NCBI GenBank assembly: GCA_905178155.1 | Contig: CAJINV010000013.1 | Location: 52,344 to 116,343 of the forward strand | Length of the DNA stretch: 64,000 nucleotides | Source: Amoebophrya sp. A120 | Taxonomy: Eukaryota; Protista; Dinoflagellata | Direction of reading: 5' to 3' | Part shown: in pieces, positions 36,617 to 49,800 of the stretch | How the letters are laid out: every line of letters starts with the position of its first letter | Numbering within the stretch: position 1 is the first letter of the stretch | Made by a program: the position numbers and the translations under genes | The notes under the pieces: generated by a model | The model's database searches: none | What the model saw: the letters and a program-made list of their open reading frames with translations, nothing else | What the model was told of the DNA's origin: nothing

Positions 36617-39600
36617 CTAGGCAAAAGGTGGCGGAGCCATCAGCTTTCTACGGGCTTCAGCTGTGCTAAGCAGTGCACTCTTCTCAGGGGTCTCGTGGCA
36701 TGCTGGCAACCGCAAGCGAAGATATTGTTCGACCGGGCTGTAGGTTCCGGTCGTTCTCCAGGTGACTTCGGGCACTCCGCTTTTCCGGCTGCGCTCATAT
36801 TTAGACCATTCTCCTTCTAATGTCGTACACCTTTTTCTCGTGAGCTCCGCACAATGCATCAAAGTAAAGCCAACCAAGTTTCCGATTTCAAGCGGTTCGC
36901 CACACAACTGAAAAAACGCGTCTTGAATTTTTGCAGAATCGCGGACGGAGTTCGGAAACAAGAAGTACACTTCTGCGCCCCAGGGAGCTCGTTGCAGCGT
37001 CCAGAGCGCGTACTCCTCCGCGTCCTCCTTCGACGAATAGAACACCGAAGCTTCGTCCTCGACATCCATGTACAGAAAGAAGGTTTGGCAGAAGGCCTGG
37101 GTCGTAGTCAATCCGGTGAAAATTGTATCTCGCTCGAGGTTGCGACGACGGGTAGTCACAGCCTCCACATAGAATTCGCATTGGACCAAGGGATCACCCT
37201 GCATCGAAGACGGGATGTCGCTGAGGTGCTTTGGCAGGGGAATCCAGTGTAAGAGTCCGAATGTACGGCGTAGCTCCTTCAGCGTGGATCGTGCCATTGC
37301 TGGAGTAAGAACGTGATCAAGATCGCCATCGCATGGGATGTGCTTATAAGTAGCGATACCGAGCAGTAGTGCGGCTTCTAGTAGAACTGGATCGCCACAG
37401 GTTCTATTCGCAGTCCGATTCATGGTCTGTTCCCAATAAGGCAAAAGTTTTTGACGAACCGTGTATCGCTCTTTTAGAGATAAAGCGCTAAGCTTTCCAG
37501 CATTCGACAGGATCTGTTCTCGAATCAACGGCCTATGAAAATTGTATTCGCTGCCTTTGTCGGTCTCTTGCGAGGCTGACTGTTGCCAGAAGTAGTCGTG
37601 GGATCATGTCAAATGCAAATGCCGCGTCTTTGCAACTCATAAAAAAAGTTTCTCACGAAGCGCGCCCGCGCGTCAGCGAGAGGCAAAGCGGGCGCCGCAC
37701 TGATAGCGCTCATTTCTACTCGATATCTTCTGCTGATGCCAAACACAAAATTGCACCTGAGCAGAAAAGCAAAGGCTTACAGCTTTGCATACGGAAAACA
37801 GTAGCTTTACGTATTGCCAATTGCATGAAATGAGGCACCGTGCCTCACGAGGCACCGTGCCTTACGTCCCTCGTACCGCACGAGGGACGTATGTTGCTTC
37901 TGCATACGGAAAACTTTGCGGCAAGAGGGCGCTGAGAAAAATTTCCTCAGAACCGACAAGGAACACTGAAACGGAATTGATTTTCATATTCATCGTCGTG
38001 TCGCAGCGACTCCGCGGCGTGATCGAGACAACCGCCAGCTGTCATCGCAAGATGCACGAAGCGCCTTTCGCGTTGAAAAAGAGGATCCAAAAACCGCAGG
38101 GCTGTGCCATCAAGAGCCAACACCGCTTCAGCGATAGCGGAATCCTTCTTGAATTCTGGCTGCGCAAATTCCAGGAGGCAGAGCCGTGCGCGAAAGGCCC
38201 GTAACGAGAGATCCCTGCCGGCACGTCCGAGAAGTAAAACATCCTGCACAGTTTCCTTGTCTGCGTTCCAAAACGAACTTGCGCACGCGTGTTCCATAAG
38301 TTCCACAATGAATTCCGGGTCTCGACGCAGGTCACCTTCTGCAAAAAGCAGCGCGTCGTGGTTTTGAGCGACTGCCTCTCGGACAATTTCGCGATCACAA
38401 CGGAGTCGGAGACTGGCGTGCTCGAGGCAAAGTCCGTCAAGCTTGACGCACTGGCGAATGAGTTCCGTGTTATCGCAGAGATCAGCTTGCTTCCCTTTCT
38501 GTAGAATTAAGGCAGGAAGATCCTCTGGAACTGAATCGAACTCTTCCTCCTGCAGGTTCTCGAAGTGCGCTGTGAGAACATCATTGCTCTCAGTAAACTC
38601 GTCAGTAGTGGGGTAGAAGTGCCCCTGCCGGTGGCAAACTGCGTTACAGATGTGCTCTCCATCTCCACAGAAGTCGGCGACTTGAATGTACCGCTGCAAG
38701 AGACATGCGTGTCGCCTCACCGTTTCATTTGTGGTAGCTCGCAAACATTTCGAAAATCGGGCTGGCGTGCGATTCCACTTTGTACTAGCGAGCAAACACG
38801 CGGAACAACCGCAGGAAGGCGTGCATTTGTGTTCAGAACAAGCCGCGCTCTCACTAGCGAGTTCGTCGCCGCAAGACTGTGACGAGCCACTTCTATTTTT
38901 GGCGGAAAAAAATGGGAGTGGAAAAATTGAAGGACTTCTGGTTTGTGGTACACAGTGCCTGCTCCAGAAGCCAAGAACTAAGCTATCTGTCGTTCCTTTC
39001 CATGGAAAATGCCAAGAAGCATGCAGCATCGGGCTCGGACCGCGAAGGAGTTTCAGTAGGATGCCAGCGTCACTTCTGAGTGCTTCGTCTGTTACGAACC
39101 GAAGAGCGTATGGATTTTCCAGCACAGCGAGCTCCACAATACTATTATCAACAAGCTCGGGCAAACAATACTTCAGCGCTAGTCCATTCGACTTCACCGC
39201 CACTTGCAGCAATTGCTTTGTTTGCAGGTGCTGCGCGCAAAATTTTAGCGCGGGAACTCCGTCGGTTGCTGCAGCCCTCGCAAGTATTTCGGCAGATGAA
39301 GCCCGCACTTCCGCAGGAACACAACGGAGACACCACGGTTTGTGCTCCACGGCTAGCTTGATCATGGAAATACTGTGCTGAAGGTCGCCTCGAAGATACT
39401 TGTAGGCCCATCCGTTTTGCCTGATTGCACACTCAGCAATGTCCTCGTACTCCAGCGAGGATCTTAGGAGTACATCTGCGAAGCGTAAAGATCGCCAATC
39501 CCTGGACACTGCGACCCGGACTAAATCCGAGTCCTTGCGTAAAACTGGGGTCGCGTAGCGAAGCGCTAGGCCATTAATGCTACATGCCAACAGAGTGAGG

Positions 39601-40571
39601 TCCCTGCTTGATCGAAAAAGAGACGCAGTACTTCCCATCTCTATTGCTTGCGGGTTCGAACACGGATCCCACTCTAAAGATGACCCGACTGCAAGCTTGA
39701 CCAAAGCCTCGCGAAATTCGAAATCGCACGTGCCGAAGTTTGAGTCTACCCCGGGAGGATATATGTCAGTTAATTGCTCGCAGAGACACGGCAGCTCCCC
39801 TTCCTGCAATTTGTATCTGCAGCAGCAACAGACTATATGCGTCCTCTCGTCTAACTCTTCCGGGAGATCGCGGTCGGTCTGTAAGTCGTCCGCTACTTCG
39901 TGATGGGCAACTACCTGAAGGTCGTCAATAAATTGGGAACATGACTGACACTCCGAATACCGCAAGAACTCGATCTGCTCAGACGCACTAGTCTTCTCAA
40001 GGCGGCGACGGGCGCAGCGAAACGCTTCCTCCGCACGACTGTCGAATACAACTTGGATCTCCGTCACTCGCTGCCCGTCCTCCCTCCGCAACGGAACTGG
40101 AAAGCGCCCATCCCTCACGATGCATTTGTTCATTTCGTGTTCGTCGGGTTCCGGGGCACATTGACTTCCGGCAGGAGGGCCATTGCAGTGATCCGCTGCT
40201 AGCGCAACTGGTTCTGCCGACACGAGCGATTCGAGGCAACTTTCCCGCGATTCAGATACATCACCCTGCTCTCGGATTTGAGTCGTATACTTCCGTGCAA
40301 ACTGCTCCGCGGCGGCCTGCGGTAGCTCGGTCTCCTGGAAATTTCTTGGCGCTGGGGGTCGTTCCGTGATCATGCTATTCGAACAAGCGTCTTCAAAGAC
40401 CTTCTGGTCAACTAGAATGCCCTGCCCGAAGAGAATGCTATGGCGTCCGCTACAGCAAGAAACCTCCGCAACGATTTTTTTCACATCTCGGAGAAGAATA
40501 CTCTCCTGGTCTTGGTCCACTGGAACGACACACAAACAATTTCCTGCGAGATTCCGGATTGTCAATTCCAT
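36617..40571 (-). CDS. Ubl + DUF4116-repeat protein, type II (copy D); exons 37990-40571 and 36617-37532
   Basis: LTIRNLAG Ubl-like start; DUF4116 repeats. Removing 37533-37989 gives in-frame SLRHDDE-PLIREQIL. Confidence 0.85.
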
Positions 40572-41755
40572 CTTTTTTCGGTTTTTTGGACTGCTTTGGG
40601 AATTCAGAAAACAAAAATCCGCCCTAACGGGAATCTACCCTCTTGCTATAATCTGTGACACTGAAGATGAATGTCAACATCTCTAGAACGAGAATAAGCT
40701 AGTGAGGAGAAAACCTTGGTTTGAATAAAATTTCGAAGGTTTTTACACATGGAAACAACAAATGCACCATCGCACTGAAGCCAGAGTAGTCTACCATCGC
40801 ACTGAAGCATCAAAAAAGGGAGGAATAATATGTATAAAGCTAAACAAAAGTGGACGTGATCGTCGTTGAAGAACTTCATTTTTTCTCCATTTAAGAATAC
40901 ACCTGCACTGCAGTGCCTGCATGAACATCACAACGTATGTCTGGCACAGGAATGGAAAATGAATGTGGAAAACAAATCACAGACCTTCTTTACTCAATTC
41001 GTTTCGTTTTCATCTGGTTCTCGTCAAAAAAGGATTTTCCACGTTTACAAATTCATGTCTTCATGAGTTTCTCCGCACCTTATCATACAGAATCCTGACA
41101 CGCTCGTCACCTTGTTCACATTCGCGCGGCTGAAATGAAACCATCCATCGGCAGTTGATGTCGAAGTTAGTTAATGCATTTACAAATAGCCTGTGTAGTT
41201 TTTAAATACATCCGAAGTACGCGGCAAATGTTGCCGCGTCCGCACGTTGCAAACGAGTGCGTGCTGCTCATATGGTAAGTTCATCTTGTAATCTTTTTCT
41301 TGAAATTACAAATAAATAAAATGATCATCCACGTCAGGCATATGGTATAGAAGACGGAGTTGTACAACGCGCTCCGTTGCAGCACTTGCGTGCAAAAAAG
41401 TTTCATTTCAGAACCAAAACGTTCAGAGACTCCATGACTTTTCAGGGGCGTGATCCCGTTGTTCCTCCAATCTTCTTTGCGCCCTCGAAGTACAAGTTTC
41501 GACCCCTGCGCGCTTCCAGCGTGTTGAAGAGCCCAGCAGCTTCTGGATTTTCTTGCGAGAGAGAAAGGCGGGCGTATGCAAGGAAATTCTTCAGCAACAT
41601 TGAGACGCCATGTTGTACGGACGACTGCAACGAACATGAATAACAGTGCGAATCTTCCTCCCACACACAAGATCGAAACGCACCACAGAACTTTGAGCTC
41701 TGCAACAGAATCAGTGATGTTCTTTTCAACTGCAAGCGGTTTAGATGCCTCAGAC

Positions 41756-44700
41756 CTAGCAGGGTAATCGATGCAGCACGTGTGTACAATACAGTGTAGA
41801 TTTGCTGTGCGTTTTTTTCTCCTCTCTTATCAGGCGAAGATAATTTTCAGCATTTGTGTACCTACTAGTGACCGACCAAGATACCTCCGGTACTGAACTT
41901 TTGCGACTTCGCTCAAAATTAGACCACTCGCCGCTTGTCCTCGTACACCTGTTTTGCGCCAGCTCCGTGCAGTGCATCAACGAGAATCCGGTCAGGTTTC
42001 CGATTTCGAGCGGTTCACCGCAGAGATTGAAAAACGCTTCCTGAATCTTGGTGGAACTCCGCACCGCCTTTGGAAACAGAAAATACACTTCGGCGCCCCA
42101 GTCGGTCCCCGCGAGCGTTTCTAACGCGTAGGCTTCAGCGTCCGGCAATGTTGAGTAAAAGGGCGAAGACTCGTCATTCACATCCATGTGGAAAAAGAAC
42201 GTAAAGCAGAGTCCTTGGCTAGTCGAGAGTCCGGTCAGAATGGTCTCGCGCTCCAGATTTCGCCCGCGCTCGGTGACAGCTTCCACGTAGAATTCGCATT
42301 GAACAAGCGGATCCTGTTGCATCGTCGATGGAAAGCAAGAAAGGCTGTATGGTAGTGCGTGCTGATTGGGAAGTCCGTACCTTTGGCGCAGGTTTTTCAA
42401 AGTGCAATACACGATTGACTGAACGTGATACAGCGACGCAGGAATGTGCGAGTAGTTTGCAACCCCGAGGCGAAGCGCGGCTTCCAACAAAGGCGGGTCC
42501 GTGCAGGGGTTGGCCTCTGTGTACTGCCAGTACCGAAAGAGGCTGCAATCTACATCGTTTCTGTGCGTATTTCCTGACAGTTCCGCAATCTCCTGTGCTC
42601 GCGACAGAAACATTAACCGCGCCAAGTCTCTATGAAGGACAAGACGACCACCCTCTCATCACAATGTGTTGTTGCCACCGAAGTCATTATTTCGACATGC
42701 CTGTGAAAAAATATCAAAAGAGAACGAGGAATAAACATATAATTTCGATCAACATTATCACTCATGATGACTGCAGTCGGTATGTAACCTGTTGTAACTG
42801 CAAACAATGTCTGCGAAGCCTCAATACTTATGATGCATGAGTGGCCGACTTCTGCGGGTATTCGGGATCCATCTGCAGCTCCTCGCTTGCGTGGTCGAGA
42901 AGGCCGCCAGATTTGAGAGCCACTTGCACAAGCTTTTTGGAGTTCTTGTGGATAGGTTCCACGAATTCTAACGCTCTCCCGTTGGCAGCGACCGCAGCTT
43001 CCACAACAGAATCATCACACTTGAGCTCCTGCGAAGCAAATTGCAGCAGACACGGGTGCGCTTGCAGAGCTCGGACAGACAACTCTTGTTCCGGCGGGTT
43101 CCCGTGTAGTAGAACGTCCTGGACGCTCGACTTGTCCGCATTCCAAAAAACCGCGGCGCAAGCATCTTCCATCAGCGACACCACAAATTCCGGGTCTGAG
43201 CGAAGCTCATCCGCAGCGAATAGAAGAGAGTCATGGTTCTGAGCAACTGCTTCTCGAACGATGTCGCCATCACGCCGAAGTCGCAGGCTTGCGTGTTCCA
43301 GTGAAAGCCCATTCAGCTGAACACACCGGCGCACGATGTGCTCATCATCACGGACACCGTCGTCAGGAGAGTCTTGCAGAATCAAGGCGGCTAGATCCTC
43401 GGACACAGAACCTACTTCATCTTCTTGCAGGTGGTCGAAGCAGCGCGCAAGGGCTTCGCTGCGACGCCCGAAATCGGTCATCGGATAGTCATGCAGTTGC
43501 TCCCGGCAAACTGCATTGCAGATGTGCTCACCGTCTCCGCAAAAGTCGGACACGTGGATGTAGCGTTGCAACAAACAAACCGACCGCCGGGTGGCAGTAT
43601 TGTGCCTATACCAACTCGCGCTTCTTGCTTCATATGTGCTTTTCGTCTGCGTGAGTAAGCACGTTGAGCAAGCGCAGCTGCTTCGGACGGAAGCGACAGG
43701 CCCATTCCTTGCACTCTCAAAGTTCGTGGATGGGCGAAGAGGTGAGCACCAAGACGGTGTATCGTTCCGGTCCGATCTCCGTCTCTTCGTTTCGCGCAAC
43801 GGATCACAATGCCAGTCAGTTCTCAACATGGGACTCGGGCCGTTTAGAATCTTCAACAAAAGCTGAGCGTCGTTCCGCAGCTTCTTGTCGGTGACGAATC
43901 GTATTGCGTAAGGATTCTGTTCCACAGCCAGCTCTACAATCGGCGCGTCCACGAGAGTGGAAGAAGCATATTTCAATGCTAGCCCGTTCGACTGGACGGC
44001 GCTTTTCAGCAAGTCCTTGGTTTGCAGGGTTGGAGGGCAAAACTTCAAAGCTGGGACGCCGTCAGCTGTCGCCGCGGATGCGAAGACTTCTGCAGACAGA
44101 AGTTTTTCGGCCGGAACGTATCGGAGGACCCACGGTTTGTGTTCGACGGCTAATTGGACAAGATCGAGCTGCTGTCGAAGCTGACCACGAAGGTACTTGT
44201 AGGCCCACCCATTATTTGCGATGGCAGAACGAGCGATGTCCAGATGCTCGAGCGACGAGCGAATCTTCAGGCTCGCAAAGCGCAAAGCCCGCCAGTCTGC
44301 GGCAACGGCAATTCTGACAAGTTCCGCGTCTTTTCGAAGATCTGCCGTTACATAGCGCAGCGCTAACCCATTGATTCCGCACGCAAGAATGCTGAGTTGC
44401 TTGTCCGTACGAAAGAGGGCTGCATCGGTAGCCATCTGGATCAGCTTCGGATTTGAGCGAGGACTCCAAAGCATTGACGATTCCATGATGATTCTCACAA
44501 GCTCTTCGCGAAACTCGAAATCACATACGCCGAAGGTCGTCTCAATGCCCTGGGGGTACATGTTCTTTATTCTTTTTAGTAGGCATCTTCTTCCTTGAGA
44601 GCCACTCAGGCAACAGCATCGGCCGAACGGGGACCGGCCGTCTATCTGGTGCGGCAAGTCACGACTGTCCCAGCTGTTGTCTGCGACCTCATCATGTGCG

Positions 44701-45263
44701 ACAATCGAGATATCGCTTGCAGCGCAGTTGGTCGAAGGATGGGCGGCACCTCGGAAGTCCAAATCTTCTTCGGATACATCCCTTAAGTTTTGTCGGGCAT
44801 AGTCGAGCGCCTCCTGTGCGCGACCATCAAAAACAACTTGAATCTCGGTAATACCCTCCTCAGAATCTGTACCGTGAAGCGGAACGGAAAAGCGCCCATC
44901 CCAGACAATGCATGCGCCGTCATCTTCGGACTTCCCCAGAGCAATGCGTGCGAACTCCTCGGATGGATACTCTGTTCCAGTACATGTGCTCGAATTCCGT
45001 GTGCATATCTCCGCTACTAGCTTCTCCTGAATAACAGCTCCCTGTCCCGCGAAGCTGCAAGCAGCCCGCCCCAGCGTATCGACAAGGTGGTCCTTTACTT
45101 CTCGCAGTAGAACGTGGTCGCGAGCTGCAGGTACAAAAAAACTGCTCAGATGGTTTCCGCCACGATCTGTAATCCTTATCTGATGAGCATGAGGCGACAA
45201 GTCGCAACGGCCTTCGACTTCAGGATCGCCACTGCCTCGGTCGTGCTCTGTGACTCCAGACAT
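41756..45263 (-). CDS. Ubl + DUF4116-repeat protein, type II (copy C); exons 42862-45263 and 41756-42629
   Basis: Clear paralogue of copy D (DFCGDGEHICNAVC; DPLVQCEFYVEAVT). Removing 42630-42861 gives LQMDPE-DLARLMF. Confidence 0.85.
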
Positions 45264-46897
45264 TATTTGCCAGTATCATCAACATTTCCAGCAGCGAAAC
45301 TGGTAAGGTGAAGGCGCTCTTGTGGTTCTACTGAGCAAGGTCTTCCCTTAAGCTCGCTGTTGCATTATATCTTTGATAAGATGCGCATGCGCACTTTTTT
45401 TTCTCACCCCACATAGCACGAGAAAGAGCAACGGAAAAATAATATGCTGAGTCTAAACACGCGAGCTGTCCTGCGCCTTTCGGATTGACGTATCGGGCAG
45501 TCGGTTGAAGAACAAAAATATAAGAAAAATATTCTATCTGCCATCCTAAACTCATGACGATCGGAGAAAGATCAAAGACAAGCACCCCAAGAAGACTTTT
45601 TGAGGCCACACTATATCGCGTGGTGCACTTCCATACATGTGAGAGTGAGTCATGAAGATAACAGAACCAGGCAGGCGCAGGTGGAAAAGCGGCGGGACCT
45701 GAAATACCGTGCAATAATTGCAAAAATTTCAAGAGTGTTTTTTTCCTACTTATCCAAACCCCCTCCACAACGCGAAAGTAATCATATCGCTGCGAGCAGC
45801 AGAGATGTTGTAGAGATCTTCCTTGTGATCACGAACTACCAGAAACAGCTATAAGCATCCATTCTTCTGCAACAAAATGCCGAACGTTTGTGCATGCGGC
45901 AACTGATCACGCGATCAACGTGCCTGCTCCCGTAACTCAGTATTTTGTCGCTGACAGCAACAAAACTGCATCTGCGATGCAATTTTGTCTCGTTCGTTGT
46001 GTAACTTCGGAGAGCGCTTTGATTATCTGGAGCAGCCTATGATTGACATCACAAAAATTGATGATCCTGATCTTGGCGCGGACAGCTCCAGACTGCGCCG
46101 TGGATACCCAAGTTAGTACGTGCTATTTTTCGCGGAGGAAGCTCTCCTTTATTCCGTGTCCGATGGATCTTTGATGATGCGAAGCCATTGCAGATGACAG
46201 CGAAGTTAAGTATCTTCGGACGTTGTATCGAGCACCGGATCAGCTTCAGAAGAGATCATCTCCTACACCTGTGACGCCTGAACACTGTGAAAACGCTGCA
46301 GCATACGACAACAAGGCATCAAAGGAGCTCAAGAACCACGAATTCACCTGCCGGCGCGTGAAGGGGATTGGACTACTAAGTCAGATTTCAATCCATATTC
46401 AGAGCCAGTGGAAGAAAATTTCCGGATTCAGGGTACACTTCCTGGACTCACACTTCATCTTTCAAAACGTGATATCTTCATCTTTGATGTACGTAGTGCA
46501 CGATCCCAAAGTCAAGCTGTGGCTATAGGCCTCTCACATTTTCCACGGACTGCTATTACCTGTTATAAAAAATAGCTGGTCACAATAATCAGTTTGCCAG
46601 AGCAAATTAGAGAATTTTCCACGTCTGGCTGGCACTTTCTCTCGCATGGAGTGGCTGGACGAGAAGCCAATTGCAAGAGGGGCAGTTCCCTTTTTGCCGT
46701 ACACTTTCTCTAGAAACGAGCCAGGATCGACTCAAATGAGCGTTATTGAATTGCAGTACTGTTATTTGTCATCTCTACAATGGAAAATACGTCAAAGTGT
46801 AAGGCTCCCAAAGTTTTCCGAAGTGTAGTCCTGGATTACGGTTGCTTAAGTACTTACACACGGAGAGCTGGATTAACCGATCGCGGCTCACTGTAAA

Positions 46898-49800
46898 TCA
46901 GAGGCGCGTCATCTGGACTTGCAGTGCGAAGCGGCAATGCTTGTCCTTCCAATTCACATGCCCCCACTTCTCGCGATGAAGCTGTAAAATCTCCGGGTGC
47001 TGCTGCATTTCCTTCGATGCAAAGGCGATGGCGGACATAGGCAGGATCATCCCCCCAAGGATCACCCCCCTCAAGATGCAGGGGGGGGCGAGGGGGCCCA
47101 GGGGGTGGGCCGGGGGCAGGAAGGTAGGGGGCAACGAGCGTGCGAGGCCGGGGGCAGGCAGACCGAGGGCAGGGCGGGGCGGCGTTGGTATTTGCTGGAA
47201 GGCCTTCGAACAGGTTTCCTGGCTCAAGATGTGCTACAGCCAGGCGGGCGAGGAAGCCCGGGAGCGCCTGGCGCCTCGCCCCCGCCCCGAGGCAACAAAG
47301 GCGGCACAATGAGCGCGTCCCCCCGAGCGGGGTCACGGCAAACCAACGAAGGGGGAAAGGGGAGGGGAAGCAAACACAGGGGGGGCGAGGGCGGCAAGGC
47401 GATGCGTGCCGCCAAACCGGAACAGGAAGGGGCAAAAGGGAATCGTCTGGGCCAGCCGTCGCGACGGCTGGCCCAGACGACACCGCCGAAACCCTAAGCC
47501 CTAAGCCCTAAAACCTAAACCCTATGCCCTTGAGGGGGGTGATCTTGAAAACTTGAGGGGGGTGATCTTATCTTGAGGGGGATGATCCGGCCTACGTCCG
47601 GCGATGGCGAATGGATAACGGGGAACCGCGAGAAGTACATAATCCTTTCGGTTACGCTGCTCCGCTCGTTGCAAACACCACAGCCCCATCGGGAATGGAC
47701 TGTTCCGAAGTGCCCAACATATGACTTCGTGATCACTCTGCAGTTCTGTGGGAAGAATGTCGAATAAAGTTCCGCAGTTCTTGAGCGCCTCAAATACAAG
47801 TGCGCGGTCCCACTCGCACAACTGCAAGGCCTTCTCAACGAAATACTCGGAACGCCGGAGCCCGTTCAGGATAGCGCGTCGTGCGAGATTTTTTTGTTCG
47901 TCGGGGGACATCGTCTTTCCTAGAATGTGGAAATTGATGGAGCCGTACGCATTGCCATGTCTGTATGGAAAAAGAAAGACCTTGAGCTCTATGCTACATT
48001 GATTGTCAGACCTCTCGATGCGCATATGATTGTTGATCCGGTCTGGCTAAAGACAGAACTTTCCTTGCGAGAGCCCTCTTTCCCCGCACAGAAGAACTGC
48101 TGCTCAAGAACGATGAATGTTGTGCCCCCGTTTTGTCTACAAATTTTTGAAATTAATTAATAGATACGAAATAAAAATTATTGAGGGACGAAGCCTGCGC
48201 TCTTCATGGCAGTCCACTCTGCAGCCTACACTAGACTTTACTGCAGCCTATACAAGCCCATGCACTTTGTACAGCTTTGAATTCAGGACTTTTCTCTGTT
48301 TGATAAATTTGACACCGCCAAGGCCGCTATTTCCGCATTGGCGCGCAAATTTCCCGGTGCTGAAGAAAGAGACATCCCATTCCTCTGAACTGCAGCCCGT
48401 ACCACGGCGTCGTCCGCTCGCAAAGTCCTTTTTAGACGCCCGAGAATCAGGGGCAGGTCCGTGTTTTTCAGTTCGTGTGAAACAGCTGCGACTGCAATAT
48501 CTTTGTCGGACTTCATGCGACTGCTGCAATACCTGATTGCGTCTCCGTCACGAGTGAGCACCTCCAGTAGAAGCTGCCGATTCTGTCGAAATTCTCGCGG
48601 CAGCAAGCGGACAGCTTTTGGGTACTGCTTCACGAAGTGTGTGGCTAATTCCGGGCAACCCCCATAAAAGGCTGCGCGTACGTTTTTTTCGGCGTGAGAC
48701 AGGATAAGCTCCGCTTCTTCGAAGCACATGTCGATGTCACTCTCGAGAAGTACTTTTCGCAAAAAATCAATATTAGACCGGAGCTGCTTTCCTGCGTACT
48801 GAAAGGGACAGGACGCAGAGAAGTTGCTGTCGTCCTCGCGCTTCCACATCCTCCAGCTGATACCGTCATAATTTTCCACTTGAACACCCTTGCAAAATTG
48901 CCGAATTGCCAGTAGAACGAGACCACTGTCGCGTCTCAGTCTCGCACTTGCAAACTCTAGCGCCGCCGGGGTGTGCTCGACGCAAAGCGCTACCAGTTCG
49001 TTGTTGTCTTGTAAGCCGGGGCTAGCACCATGCAATACTTCTAGTCCGAGGGGTCGAGGGCCATCATGTCGGTCAAAACCCGCGCTATTGTTCGGCGGGA
49101 AGTTGTGTCGGTCTTCATCTCCCACCAACTAAAACGATGAAAAATGTTCCACCATCGAGTCCCCATCCCCTTCGAATGATATCCGTGGCGCAACGCATGT
49201 AGCCTTGACACAACCAGTACTGAAACGAAAAGAGTTGGCGACACTGCACGATCGCGCCGTGATGAGTGCTCTATGGAAGCATGTTGCACTTTAATTAATC
49301 ATGCGCGTATCTGAATATTTATTCAAGGACTAGAGTCCTCCTCATGCCCTCGGTCTCTCTTCTGTTTGCAGCTACGGACCGTACCCGTAGAAATATTTAT
49401 AAATAAGTAAATCATACATAATAAAGTAAGGCTCGCTCGGTCGGATGCGCCGTTGGAGGAAATTAAGTACAAGTGGAATTGCGTGGGTGTTCAACGGCGG
49501 AAGGTCTTCACCAACATACGGCTCGTTCGGCAGGCTGCACTGCCACGGGCAAACCGGTCCCATCGCCTCTGCCAGCTTCAGTGTCATCTAATTCGCCGCC
49601 TACTAATTCGCGCGCATCCCTGTTGAAGAGCAAATCGTGATCCCTGCACCTGCAGTCACAGTGATGCTCTACGAGCCCGCGGAACTCCACATGCTTGAGA
49701 TGCCGTCCGTCACGCTGCAAAAATTCTTCTTGTGGCTCGCCGGTACTATAGCTGAAATAAAAATTATTCATCCCGTAGAAAAAATTCTGACCGTTTGTGT

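Noticed and set aside
47215-47228. TGGCTCAAG as a dinoflagellate spliced-leader relic
   Set aside because: Only the last 9 nt match; CCGTAGCCATTT is absent.
49123-49519. CACCAAC direct repeat suggesting an introner
   Set aside because: A canonical GTATGT...TTTTAG intron restores the frame, and no TIRs were seen.
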